IMG/VR virus record: IMGVR_UViG_3300036937_000041
Coordinates: 1-64,000 of that record
Length of the DNA stretch: 64,000 bases
DNA from: a virus
Strand: one strand, 5' to 3'
The translations under genes and the position numbers were made by a program. Shown piece after piece: positions 1-9,750 of this stretch. Under the pieces are notes generated by a model. That model was given only the letters and a program-made list of their open reading frames with translations, ran no database searches and was not told the DNA's origin. How positions within the stretch are numbered: position 1 is the stretch's first letter; the number at the start of each line of letters is the position of its first letter.

Positions 1-333
1 GATCAACCACTGCTCGGTTATCGCCGTGGCGGCCAAGATCACGCCCCGGAGTCGGATCGTCGACTTGTTTTCGCTGACGGTCACCGGACCCAGAAAGTAC
101 GGATCTTGATCGGAGAACATACTCTCCGGGTAGACGCCCACCAAATATCCGTAGATCAGGGAATCGGCTTGATTGATATGGACCTCGATTGTCTGATCGG
201 CTATGGTCTGAAATACTGCGCGGGTCTCCCCATCATCTGGGTCGACAATGTTGCGCTCCAACACCGACATCTGAAGTCTGACGTCCAGCGGAGTGCAGTA
301 GACCGCCTGTTTTGTTCCCCGGAAGCTGCTCAT
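1..333 (-). CDS. Head-tail connector/adaptor-like protein (partial, runs off window start)
   Basis: Translated manually: MSSFRGTKQAVYCTPLDVRLQ...IEVHINQADSLIYGYLVGVY. The YCT..DV and I..A...I.GYL...Y pattern resembles Mu gp36/gp15-type adaptors. Start overlaps the upstream stop (TGATG). Confidence 0.6.
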   Translation of the reverse strand, partial: MSSFRGTKQAVYCTPLDVRLQMSVLERNIVDPDDGETRAVFQTIADQTIEVHINQADSLIYGYLVGVYPESMFSDQDPYFLGPVTVSENKSTIRLRGVILAATAITEQWLI

Positions 334-719
334 CACACGCCTCTCAAGTTTATAATCGGAAGTTCAAACAACTCGGTGCCGGTCGTGGCCACGCCGAGCA
401 CGGTGGCCACCACCTTGAGCCGCAAATAATGTTTTTCCACGGCCGTGCGATTTCGAGTCGATTCGTCGATAATCACATTATATGTCGCGTCAATCTTGTA
501 GATAAATGTGCCATCGGTACGGGAGCCAAATCCGCTGATCAGGCTCTTGGCCGTGAAGTCGGTGAACAACGCCGTTCCATTTATGTCCTCGATGGTGCCC
601 GCCACCGAGACGATGTTGGACGCCGGGACGACCTGTGGGTCTTTCTGATCATCGTACAGAGTAAAGTACAGGGTGCAGTCAGACTCTTCGTTTACCCGTT
701 TGTTCACAAACTTAATCAT
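333..719 (-). CDS. Hypothetical virion-module protein
   Basis: 128 aa beta-rich ORF coupled to neighbours in the late operon. Confidence 0.6.
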   Translation of the reverse strand: MIKFVNKRVNEESDCTLYFTLYDDQKDPQVVPASNIVSVAGTIEDINGTALFTDFTAKSLISGFGSRTDGTFIYKIDATYNVIIDESTRNRTAVEKHYLRLKVVATVLGVATTGTELFELPIINLRGV

Positions 720-1360
720 AGGTCGGCTACCTTTTCATCTTCGTGGCGGATGCGCTTGCGCGCCTCGCCGATAAAACTCGGATCAACGTCGTAGGCCAGG
801 CCCTCGCGCCACCCCCGTGGGTCTTCGCGCAGCCGATCGCGCGTGAGATTCTGCACGGTGAAGCCCAGGCGCATCTCACAGACTTCAACGGTACTCAACC
901 TGGCCTGTAGATCGGCGACGTCAGCGTCGAGCTGGTCCAGACGCAACTTCTTGGCCTGGACAGCCACGTAGTTCTGGCCCACCTTGCTCTCGTCTTTGAA
1001 CGTACGGACAAGCAGCTGATGAACCTCTTTTTTGATCGCCATGATCGCCCTACGATGTCTGGTCAGGTCACGAATTCCGTAGAGTATTTGGGTAAACTGA
1101 TCGGGAGCGGTCGGCACGGCGCTCACCACCTTGGGCGACGGCCCCCCAGCAGCCCTGACCTCGACTGTCCGCCGGGACACAGCCTCATAGACAACAATAT
1201 AGAAGTCAAATCCTTGTAAACTGTTGACCAGCATGTGCCCGTCGGTCAGGCCGACGCTTATTATCTTCTTCCCCTGAGGAACATCGGCCCAGCCGACGTC
1301 CTTGGTCTCTACAAATTCAGTATTGTCGTCAAAAAGCACGTAAAACATATGCACCTTCAC
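716..1360 (-). CDS. Hypothetical protein
   Basis: 214 aa ORF, ATGA overlap with next gene. Confidence 0.6.
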   Translation of the reverse strand: MKVHMFYVLFDDNTEFVETKDVGWADVPQGKKIISVGLTDGHMLVNSLQGFDFYIVVYEAVSRRTVEVRAAGGPSPKVVSAVPTAPDQFTQILYGIRDLTRHRRAIMAIKKEVHQLLVRTFKDESKVGQNYVAVQAKKLRLDQLDADVADLQARLSTVEVCEMRLGFTVQNLTRDRLREDPRGWREGLAYDVDPSFIGEARKRIRHEDEKVADL

Positions 1361-1379
1361 GCGTACGCGATTTTATAGG

Positions 1380-2033
1380 TTAAGAGTCTACATGGGCCTC
1401 GACAGTGTCCTCGGTTCCTGTCTCGGGAATGTTGGCATAGTATGCGCCTGAGCTGGCGCCCGACCGAGTATGGTAAACACCTTCCGAATCGACGGTAATC
1501 GACGTCCAGGTGGGTGCGCCCTCGGTGCCCGTGTTGTACACAAAGTCGACGGTCGGAGCGGTCGCCACCGTATACGTGTACTTGAATACCATATCGAACC
1601 GGAAGTTGTCGGCCGTGGTCGCCGTGCTCGGCACCTCGATTACCATATTGTAGGTCGCGCGCCTGCCCGTCGGATAGTTGGCGATCGTCAGAATATCGCC
1701 GTCCTGTTCCACGTAGTAGTTTCCGGTGGTATTCGCATATCCCTTGAGTCTATTCGGATTTGACTCTGTCTGGTCTGCGGGGATTGTCGCCTTCCAATCG
1801 GAGGCTGGGGGTGCCGTATCCTGAGTGGTGTCGATCAGGCAGATGCACGAGCCGCTGGCGTGCGACGATCTGCTGAAGATCTCGTTCGAGGTCGAGGTCA
1901 GCGATCCTGTGGTAGGAAAATCGGCGTTGTCTACCGCATGATACTCGATCAACGACGAAAGATCTTGATCGAACTCGATGCCGAATACATTTATGTTAGT
2001 GTTTCCGTTTCCGTAGCCGACAACCTGGGTCAT
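1380..2033 (-). CDS. Putative virion structural protein
   Basis: Thr/Ser/Gly-rich beta-type 217 aa ORF, strong SD (AAAGGAGG). Confidence 0.6.
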   Translation of the reverse strand: MTQVVGYGNGNTNINVFGIEFDQDLSSLIEYHAVDNADFPTTGSLTSTSNEIFSRSSHASGSCICLIDTTQDTAPPASDWKATIPADQTESNPNRLKGYANTTGNYYVEQDGDILTIANYPTGRRATYNMVIEVPSTATTADNFRFDMVFKYTYTVATAPTVDFVYNTGTEGAPTWTSITVDSEGVYHTRSGASSGAYYANIPETGTEDTVEAHVDS

Positions 2034-2052
2034 CTGCTACCTCCTTTCCCAA

Positions 2053-5000
2053 TCATATGGATGCATCTTTTATGTTCAACGTTCCCAGATCTTGATCGGC
2101 GATGCGCAACGTCGTCAGATCGGCGTCCTTGACGCTCAGCACCCCGAGCTCCGGATAGAGCATGCTCAACGTAGTCAGGTCTGCGAGTTCAAATCCCATA
2201 GTCTGCAAATCTGCGTCCTTAAAACTGAGGCTAAAGCCTGATGATGTAAGGGTTAAAGATATTTTATTAGATAGGCGAATAATCTTATTCGCTTCAAAGA
2301 CGCTGATCATCGCCTGCCGCTGTAGCGCGCTGAGCGCCAGGCCCATCATGTGGCTGACCCGTCGCTGTACGTCGACGATAAACATCGCCATGTTGGCCAG
2401 ACGTAGGTGGTCCAGGTGCTCTAGGCCGAGCGCGTGGGCGACCCGTGGGTTCCCCGTACCGATCGCCAGCACGGTGTTCGCCAGCCTGACGAACAGCCCG
2501 CCGGACAACGCGGACATGCCGCCCAGTCGGGTGGTCGCCGCCGCCTCTAGTTGGGGGAGCATGGCCGCCCGGGCGAGCCCCACGGCCTCCAAGTCGGTCA
2601 GCTCGGCCACCCGGATGCTAAACTTTTTGCTCACGTCCGCCAGCTCGGCCAGCCTCGTCGAGTTAAATTTGATCGCCTGTGCCAGTTCGCCAATCCGTGC
2701 AGACCCATACTTGAGCCCCTGGGCGAGCTCGGACACCCTAAAGTCCGCGTGGGCGAGCAGGGGTGCCCAATGCGCTTGTCGATCGCGCGCCGCCGATTCG
2801 AGGCCGAGCGTGGCGCCCAGCCGCTGGTGCGCAAACTTGTCCAGATAGGCGGCCAGCCCCAGCCGGTCTTCTGCCCGTGCGGACATCAGCACTATGTGGG
2901 CCACCATGGCCAGCCCACCGGGCACCAGGGCCACCGTGTGGGCCAGGTGTGCGCCGACCAGCTTCTCGGTCAGCATCTCGTGGGCGAGTCGTACCAACCT
3001 AAAGTACATGAGGTTAAGCCGCTGGGCCAGCCGTTCGAGATCATGTTTTTCCGCCAGGGCGAGCAAGGCCAATCGATAGCTCATGTGCTTGTCCAACCCC
3101 GTGATCTCGGCCAGTCGGTCAATCAGGTGCTTATCGGCGGCCAACAGCTCGGCCAGTCTGGTGCTCAGCGTCTTATCGGCGGCCAGCGCGTGGGCGATCC
3201 TAAACTTATCATGCTTATCCGGATCTAAATATTCGCCTACTCGGATCTGCGCCTCTTTGTCGGACAGCAGTTCGTGGGCGGCCCGCGCGGACGCCAATGT
3301 GATCAAGATAAGGCGTTCGGCCGCCCGCTCTGACTTATTGGCGTCCAATGATGTCCCATGCCCTTCACGATCCGACAGGTATTTATCACCAAGCACCAGG
3401 GCGGCCAAGCGTTCGATATCAATCTTTTCCCCCACGGATCTTCCGGACATTCTGGTGTGCGCCGCTTTTGCCAGAGCGATTTGTGCGGCGAATCTGCTGG
3501 ATATATTTTTGTCCAGGGTGCCCGTCGCCTCGGCCAGCCGCGGATAGCTTTCTGGGATATTGACCGACCCCTCAGAAGTATCAAGCGTGATCGTCGGTTC
3601 CTCGGCTATATAATTCCAGACCATAAATTCATCGAAGAACTTGACATCACTTCCGGTCGTGCCCAGGCGCACCGAGGTCGCCGAGGTTATTGTCGTATCA
3701 TCGGACAGGATTGTCTGGTCATCTCCGTAGAATGAAACCCCCGAGCTGTTGATGATCACCTTGAAGTGGTGATAGTTGTTGCGCATCGCCTTTGTCGAGG
3801 TCGTGACCGGAGTTCCTCCGTCTGAAGATCGTTCATAGGCGAATACATCCGCCGTCATCCCGAGGCGAATCCAGCTCGCCCCATTATTCAGCTCGATATA
3901 AGTGAAGTCAGTAGATGTCCCGGCGAACTCATGCCAACCGTGAACGCTTAACACCTTGTTCGAGATGCTGGCCGTCTTAGACGCATAACCAGCTTGCGCA
4001 GAGGTGATAACCTGAGCGCCAGAGTAGACTTTGTTCGTATTCAGCGCAACATAATCGGTGATCGACGCCCAATCGGATGGGCTGCACGTCCATCCGCCCT
4101 GACTATTCAGGTCTGAATCAAGAGTATAGAGCTCGAAGTTGTCATAGTCGTCCCATACATCGTCAGGATCATAGCTCGGCTTGGTCGCATTCGGATATGA
4201 GTAATAGACATAGATGTTGTCGAGATATCCAGGGTATGGCTGATCGGGGTCGACGGTGCACGGCATCTTGAAATAAATTCGGGTGTCCTCGGCCGAGAAC
4301 CTGTCGGGAAGCCTATCGAGTTCGGTCGACGTGGTTGTCCCGCCCGATATCGTCTGGTGGACCACCCGGACATCCGCCCCGTTGGGGAGAATAGAAGCAA
4401 ACGCATGATCTTCCCAGTAAAACATATCGTGAGCCCGACTATAAAAGAGTGATTTCTTGCGCCCTGTCGGCTGCTTCATGAGCCCGCACATCATACCGCA
4501 TCCATATCCGGTATCACCACTCAGGATCTCGACCGTCCATGTTGCGCCATGATCTGCAGATGTATATCTGAATTTCTCGGCCGCGAAATAGTCGCCAGCG
4601 CTCGCCGGTTTGAAGAACCCGTAGATGGTGATCACCGAGTCATGCGAATACTGAACCCCACCCTGCCTGTAGCGCCAGAGCTTCTTTCCCCCGGTAACAT
4701 CGGTGCTCAGATTGAGCTTGTCCCACGATGACCCGTTCCAGTGGGCGAACAGCAGGTCGGTCTCCTCTCCTATATCCGTATTCCATATAGCCGTCTGCAA
4801 ATATGGTCGACCGTCCCCATCGACGGATATACCAGAAACGCCTGTGCCAAGATAAAACGGCCCGACCGTCGGGAACGATGCGTCCGGCGACCAGACTTGG
4901 TCGATATCGGCATAGGTGCAATATGTCGAGGTGGTCGTATTAGCGACCTCCGTTCCATCGGCTAAATACCATGCACCCTCGATGTCATCAGAATAGAGAT

Positions 5001-6423
5001 AGGTAATCGCCCGACCTTTGTTATAACTCCCATATCCGTCCCAGTAGATCATCCCCATGTGCAGGCGTCCTGCGGATTCGTCGTACGTCAGACCACTGAG
5101 ATACGTGACGGGCTCGCCAGAAATCGACTCGGCGACGCTGTAATAACAGACCTTTTCCGCGCCGTCGTTCGTCCACGATCCGCTATCATAATAGAGTTTG
5201 TAGAACCCGTAATAAGAGTTCGATGACCCGTCTATAATTCGGCAGAAGCAAAAGATATTCCCGGAGTTGTCCTCGATCATAACCGGATAGGTGAGCTTCT
5301 CCGTCGAGGAATTGCCGAACGTCTGAGCGGATGAGATGGCTATCGTGCTCGTAGTATCATCTGGGACAGCCGCATCTGAAACATAGTGGACAAACTCAGC
5401 GTTGTGTTTGGCGAGAATGAGATGTAGATTCAGATCCGCATCGATCATCATGATGCCATGATTGTGGGTATCATAGCTTGTCCCAAGGTCAAACAAATCT
5501 TGCGCGTCTGAGATGGCCATTGTCGAATGATTGAGCCGGGCAAGGTAAGCATGAAGATTCCCGCCCGAAGGATCGGGGCCAGTCCAGAGCATGTATGTAT
5601 AATCGGCGTCGAACCCACTCTTGCTCTTCGGAAGATCTATCATATATCGACCGTCAAAAATCACACCCTCGTTCGCAACCGCATTCGAGGCAATCTTAAT
5701 CTCATACCCGGTCGGCATCTCGAACGAGACCGTGTCACCAATAGCAATAGCAGAATGCGATGATCCGAAGTTCAGGCGTGCGCGTCGATAATAATCGGTG
5801 TCCCACCACTCGGGAACATCCGCACCCTCGAACAGCGCCCCGTGCGCCAGGCCAGCTCGTTTGTGCTTGTCGAATGCAGCGATGCTATGTCCAAGCCGGG
5901 GCTCCCCAGATCCACCGGGGGCAGTATAGGTGACGACCACGTAGAATTGCGAGCAGCGAATTTGATGGATGCCAAGTCCCGTTCCATCTCGCCTTCCCCT
6001 GATTCCGAAATAATGTGTCTTGAGCGCATCTAATGTCCACCCAGTAGATCCGTCAGCCTGCGTCGCATATGCATCTTCGTTAACAGTATATGAAGCATTC
6101 CGATGGAGCGATCCCTCTAGAGTATTCGTCCCATCGAAAATTCTCGTATAGTAGCTGTAGACCGTGTCGTTCGCATAATTTCTGCTGAATATGGAGACAC
6201 TGCTTATCTCGGCGCCGCTGGGCATACTGTCGATGATCGTCCCATCCAGGCCGAAATAATCTATATAGTCGGTCGCATCAGTGATTGAGCTGGTCAGACG
6301 GAGATAGTCAAGATCGCTATATGGATCTTCGTCCACATTCGCATAATGGTTAGCATCCGAATGGGGGTCCCACTGCTTATATGAAGCATTGTCTGAGACC
6401 GGATATAGAGTCTGTGTTGCCAT
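2053..6423 (-). CDS. Large virion/receptor-binding protein (DUF2341-like, BNR/Asp-box propeller, lectin-like, C-terminal repeats)
   Basis: 1456 aa; WW.TDY.RR, NGADVR, IYVYY motifs; Asp-box-like YTSADHGATW; repetitive RLA/DKH C-terminus. Confidence 0.65.
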   Translation of the reverse strand: MATQTLYPVSDNASYKQWDPHSDANHYANVDEDPYSDLDYLRLTSSITDATDYIDYFGLDGTIIDSMPSGAEISSVSIFSRNYANDTVYSYYTRIFDGTNTLEGSLHRNASYTVNEDAYATQADGSTGWTLDALKTHYFGIRGRRDGTGLGIHQIRCSQFYVVVTYTAPGGSGEPRLGHSIAAFDKHKRAGLAHGALFEGADVPEWWDTDYYRRARLNFGSSHSAIAIGDTVSFEMPTGYEIKIASNAVANEGVIFDGRYMIDLPKSKSGFDADYTYMLWTGPDPSGGNLHAYLARLNHSTMAISDAQDLFDLGTSYDTHNHGIMMIDADLNLHLILAKHNAEFVHYVSDAAVPDDTTSTIAISSAQTFGNSSTEKLTYPVMIEDNSGNIFCFCRIIDGSSNSYYGFYKLYYDSGSWTNDGAEKVCYYSVAESISGEPVTYLSGLTYDESAGRLHMGMIYWDGYGSYNKGRAITYLYSDDIEGAWYLADGTEVANTTTSTYCTYADIDQVWSPDASFPTVGPFYLGTGVSGISVDGDGRPYLQTAIWNTDIGEETDLLFAHWNGSSWDKLNLSTDVTGGKKLWRYRQGGVQYSHDSVITIYGFFKPASAGDYFAAEKFRYTSADHGATWTVEILSGDTGYGCGMMCGLMKQPTGRKKSLFYSRAHDMFYWEDHAFASILPNGADVRVVHQTISGGTTTSTELDRLPDRFSAEDTRIYFKMPCTVDPDQPYPGYLDNIYVYYSYPNATKPSYDPDDVWDDYDNFELYTLDSDLNSQGGWTCSPSDWASITDYVALNTNKVYSGAQVITSAQAGYASKTASISNKVLSVHGWHEFAGTSTDFTYIELNNGASWIRLGMTADVFAYERSSDGGTPVTTSTKAMRNNYHHFKVIINSSGVSFYGDDQTILSDDTTITSATSVRLGTTGSDVKFFDEFMVWNYIAEEPTITLDTSEGSVNIPESYPRLAEATGTLDKNISSRFAAQIALAKAAHTRMSGRSVGEKIDIERLAALVLGDKYLSDREGHGTSLDANKSERAAERLILITLASARAAHELLSDKEAQIRVGEYLDPDKHDKFRIAHALAADKTLSTRLAELLAADKHLIDRLAEITGLDKHMSYRLALLALAEKHDLERLAQRLNLMYFRLVRLAHEMLTEKLVGAHLAHTVALVPGGLAMVAHIVLMSARAEDRLGLAAYLDKFAHQRLGATLGLESAARDRQAHWAPLLAHADFRVSELAQGLKYGSARIGELAQAIKFNSTRLAELADVSKKFSIRVAELTDLEAVGLARAAMLPQLEAAATTRLGGMSALSGGLFVRLANTVLAIGTGNPRVAHALGLEHLDHLRLANMAMFIVDVQRRVSHMMGLALSALQRQAMISVFEANKIIRLSNKISLTLTSSGFSLSFKDADLQTMGFELADLTTLSMLYPELGVLSVKDADLTTLRIADQDLGTLNIKDASI

Positions 6424-6438
6424 AGTTCTTTCAGGGTA

Positions 6439-6488
6439 AGCCGACCCCGTGGAAAACGTTAACCTAAACCACGAGATCGGCTTTTTTT
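6439..6488. terminator. Long hairpin with T-tract on + strand (possible bidirectional terminator or processing stem)
   Basis: AGCCGACCCCGTGG...CCACGAGATCGGCT followed by a T run; pairs fully with G-U on the minus strand. Confidence 0.5.
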
Positions 6489-6509
6489 GTCGGGCATCAA
6501 CCCCGTAGG

Positions 6510-7055
6510 TTAAAAGTCAAAGGCAAAGGCTATCTGAGGGGCAATGATATCCGGCCCCTCAATCTGCACCAGGTCGACGGCCGCCTGCAAGATAAACCCC
6601 TTGTACTCTCCGCCGAGCCTGAAGGTCACCGCGCCGTACACCTGATCGGACGCGCTGGACGTACCTGTTTTGATAAAATCCCATGTTCCTGAACCGGCGC
6701 CAAAAAACAGCCGCCAGTCAAGCTGGTCGACGGTGGCGCCCACCACCTTGGGGTCCGGTACCCTGTGCGATCCGCTCAGCACATCTTTTTCGGCCACTAA
6801 GTATGTGCGCAGCGCCTGGACCTCGATGTTGGAAAACCCATCGCTGTACAAGTATGTAGTTTCGTTCTTGAGCGTGAACCCCGAGGAGGTTTTGCTCACG
6901 ATCGGTACGTTGGCCCCCACAGAGTAGGCGATCACCGACCCGCTACCGTTCTGGGTCAGCCACCCGAACGACCCAGCGCCAATGGTGTCAAAAGCCTGCG
7001 CGCTCGCCAACGCCGTGCAGCACAGGAGTAAGGTTAAGATGATTATGCGTCTCAT
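6510..7055 (-). CDS. Secreted outer-membrane beta-barrel-like protein
   Basis: Sec signal peptide (MRRIIILTLLLCCTALASA), alternating beta strands, C-terminal IAFAFDF (BAM-type terminal Phe). Confidence 0.6.
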   Translation of the reverse strand: MRRIIILTLLLCCTALASAQAFDTIGAGSFGWLTQNGSGSVIAYSVGANVPIVSKTSSGFTLKNETTYLYSDGFSNIEVQALRTYLVAEKDVLSGSHRVPDPKVVGATVDQLDWRLFFGAGSGTWDFIKTGTSSASDQVYGAVTFRLGGEYKGFILQAAVDLVQIEGPDIIAPQIAFAFDF

Positions 7056-7747
7056 TCGCTGATCCGCCCTTTCATTTCAAGGTTTTTAAACAACACTTCT
7101 GGTCGATTCCAAATATCCCCAATGTGGTTGTGCAACCGTGCGGAATTGCCCTCGCGCATCCGCTCGTCCACTTGCTCATCAGGGAGCTTGGCCGACCCCC
7201 TAGAGTGAAATAGTTGTCGAAGCTGCTCCCACTGTTCGGCGCCCATCGCATTCAGATCATTATATTCAAACACCTTGTACACCAAGTAGCTGCCACACGG
7301 ACCCCCGTGCTCATAGGGGCGAATAGCATGGGTGGACGCTTCGATGACCACCCTGCAACTCGAATTAGATTGGCATAAGAATATAAAGTGGCTCACGCTC
7401 ACCAAGTCCAGCCGCTTATCCGCTTTGCGGACCCTGATGAGCACCGATTCGGTGTCATCCGCATGCGAGTCTGCTTTTCGTATGAGCTTGATCGGAGCAA
7501 ATGAAACGTCATAGCAGTGGTAGATCATGTAGAAAAGATACCAATATTGATCGTCTTCACGCACCCCAAAGTTGAGCGTCGGCGCCGTGGCCAAGCGCAT
7601 GAAATCTTTGATCACCGAGAGCATGTCATCCATTGACACCGGGATAATCAGGTCAAATGGAGATTCATACTCCTGGAAGATTCGAGGATGAAACTCCTCG
7701 GCCAGCCGACGGGCCTCCGCCCGGTCTTCGAGTACGTGCGATGCCAT
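7052..7747 (-). CDS. NPP1/Vps62-like protein (tentative)
   Basis: LAEEFHPRIFQ, YWYLFYMIYH..D, H.DD.E pattern resembling the HxxDWE motif. Confidence 0.4.
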   Translation of the reverse strand: MASHVLEDRAEARRLAEEFHPRIFQEYESPFDLIIPVSMDDMLSVIKDFMRLATAPTLNFGVREDDQYWYLFYMIYHCYDVSFAPIKLIRKADSHADDTESVLIRVRKADKRLDLVSVSHFIFLCQSNSSCRVVIEASTHAIRPYEHGGPCGSYLVYKVFEYNDLNAMGAEQWEQLRQLFHSRGSAKLPDEQVDERMREGNSARLHNHIGDIWNRPEVLFKNLEMKGRISE

Positions 7748-8116
7748 TCAGCTCTTCCCCGATGTTATTTTGGAGATGAGCGGGGCCGCGGCCTTCGCCA
7801 CAGGACGGCCGATAATGTAGGTCATTACCGTCTCCTCGATCCCGGCCGGTAGGTTGATAAACTGTCTGACGACCACGAACAATATGGCGGCCCAAAACTC
7901 GGTGGTCCACCACGGGCGCTTGCCCGGGTTCGCTGTTCCCCCGTTGGTGGCGGCCGTCAGCGCCTTTTCGCCCAGACGTGCGCCAATCCAGGTGGCCAGC
8001 ACCGTGAACTCCGCGGTCGGAAACGGCTTATCAGGCCATACATACTGTTGGACTACGGTTATCAGCGCGGCGAGCGCGCCGACCCAAAATTCAGTGGTTC
8101 CAATACCTTTGCGCAT
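7748..8116 (-). CDS. Putative holin
   Basis: Small hydrophobic protein with duplicated TTEFW+TM unit, directly after the endolysin. Confidence 0.6.
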   Translation of the reverse strand: MRKGIGTTEFWVGALAALITVVQQYVWPDKPFPTAEFTVLATWIGARLGEKALTAATNGGTANPGKRPWWTTEFWAAILFVVVRQFINLPAGIEETVMTYIIGRPVAKAAAPLISKITSGKS

Positions 8117-8129
8117 TTACATCACCTCC

Positions 8130-8657
8130 TTAACGACTACATAGATATCCCAACTGAAATCGAAATGATTCCATATCAAAATTCGGACAAGTTTTTTTGG
8201 GGGTCAGCCCTCTGCTGGTCCAATATTCATAGTGACCGAATACATTTTGCACGCTGATCGTCGGATAGGTACTGATAAGATCACGACACAAGTGTAGCAG
8301 GGCGCTATACTGTGCGCTAGTGGGAGTAAGTCCGATATAACAAATCCCAACCGAGGACTCGTTATCGCCTGAGACGTGAGCGCCTTGTTCTGATAGCGGA
8401 CGACCCGATGCGATCTGTCCGTCTGTGCGAGTGGAGTAGAGTCTGGATGAGTATTTCCCGTGTTCATCAGCACGGGCATCCATTATCGCCTTAAACGTTC
8501 TATAGTCGGTAAACTGATTGTCCACCACATAGTGGTATCCTATGTCGTGCCACCCTCGTCCCTCGGGTGGGGGCGCGGTGTGCCAACCGCGGACGATCTC
8601 CACCGATCCCCATTCAGAATAGCTACAGTGGATGTATATTTTGTTTAGCTCTCTCAT
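8130..8657 (-). CDS. Endolysin, N-acetylmuramoyl-L-alanine amidase (T7 lysozyme-like)
   Basis: IYIHCS, GWHDIGYHYV, GAHVSGDN..SVGICYIG, VFGH, KTCPNF. Confidence 0.92.
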   Translation of the reverse strand: MRELNKIYIHCSYSEWGSVEIVRGWHTAPPPEGRGWHDIGYHYVVDNQFTDYRTFKAIMDARADEHGKYSSRLYSTRTDGQIASGRPLSEQGAHVSGDNESSVGICYIGLTPTSAQYSALLHLCRDLISTYPTISVQNVFGHYEYWTSRGLTPKKTCPNFDMESFRFQLGYLCSR

Positions 8658-8666
8658 CGTAATATA

Positions 8667-8706
8667 AAGGACGGGAGGCCCTTATAAAAAGAGCCGCCGT
8701 CCTTTT
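8667..8706 (-). terminator. Hairpin upstream of lysis cassette
   Basis: AAAGGACGG...CCGTCCTTT inverted repeat followed by an AT run. Confidence 0.45.
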
Positions 8707-8741
8707 CCGCGTGCATATGACACCTGACTAGGGTGCATGTC

Positions 8742-9674
8742 CTATCTGCAGTTGACAAATATCCAGACCTTCGCCGTGTCAGACACGTCATCTTTTGACG
8801 CGATGCCGAACCCAACAATATTCGTATCGGGAACGGTCGCCCAGGATGCGGCGGCCAATGGGAGTGCCGAACCGCTGGCGCCGCACACGAGCGGAAAACC
8901 AGGGCGGAAGTACGTTCCGGCCGCCGTCTTACAATCGACTTTGGTCGCCCCATAAATACAGACCTCGCACAGACCGTTGTCGGCCACGGTGTCGGAGACG
9001 ATAACGCCAAAGGCTTTGAACGTGGAGGCGTCGACCAGGTTGACGCCAAACGCGGAGCATACCGCGGCCTTGAGCGAGTCCATACCGGCCACCGCACCAG
9101 AATCATATTTGATGCTATCGATATCAGTCCACAGATAACTGGAGAACCTGATGTCGTTCGCGGTCGTCCCGAAGTTAAGGACCTCGGTCGCGGCCGCCGT
9201 GGTGGTCAGACCGGTGAGCACCGTCCCATATACGTATGCCGAATCATTCGAAGGAGTACCGGCGGCGGTCAAACGCAGGGCCACCGGGGCGCCCTCGGTG
9301 GTGATGATCCCACCAGTGTCTACGTATGCGATTTGGGGCAATATTTTGTGCTGGTTGAGGGTGACAAACGTGGTGTCCAACTCGACTACTCTGCCGCTCC
9401 CCCGTGCGGCCCCAGATTTGTTGCGCGCGGCCACGGTCACGCGCCCCAGACTGTCGGTCCTGACCGATCCGCAGCCAAGCTGGTAGCCAGACGATCGAAC
9501 TTCGTCGCCCACCCTAATGTGCGTGCCGATCAACGCGTAGGTCCCTACACTCAGGTAGGATCCAAGCGTGGCATAGCCGGTAAGCCCAAGGTCGTCGAGG
9601 TTTGTCTCCGCGCCCATGATGACCAGCGTGCCAAAAAGCAGCAGGATTACCAAACCTGTGAGTTTTTTCTTCAT
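8742..9674 (-). CDS. Capsid fibre/decoration-like protein with N-terminal signal peptide
   Basis: Directly after MCP; C-terminal FGVIVSDTVADNG..V...G cement-like motif; N-terminus MKKKLTGLVILLLFGTLVIMGA. Confidence 0.5.
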   Translation of the reverse strand: MKKKLTGLVILLLFGTLVIMGAETNLDDLGLTGYATLGSYLSVGTYALIGTHIRVGDEVRSSGYQLGCGSVRTDSLGRVTVAARNKSGAARGSGRVVELDTTFVTLNQHKILPQIAYVDTGGIITTEGAPVALRLTAAGTPSNDSAYVYGTVLTGLTTTAAATEVLNFGTTANDIRFSSYLWTDIDSIKYDSGAVAGMDSLKAAVCSAFGVNLVDASTFKAFGVIVSDTVADNGLCEVCIYGATKVDCKTAAGTYFRPGFPLVCGASGSALPLAAASWATVPDTNIVGFGIASKDDVSDTAKVWIFVNCR

Positions 9675-9703
9675 CTTGTGTGTAGTACCTTACTCTGCGG
9701 GGG

Positions 9704-9732
9704 CAAAGACCGGCCGCACAGCCGGTCTTTGA
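9704..9732 (-). terminator. Intrinsic terminator-like hairpin after major capsid gene
   Basis: CAAAGACCGGC-loop-GCCGGTCTTTG. Confidence 0.55.
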
Positions 9733-9750
9733 CCACCTGGTTATCCGGTT

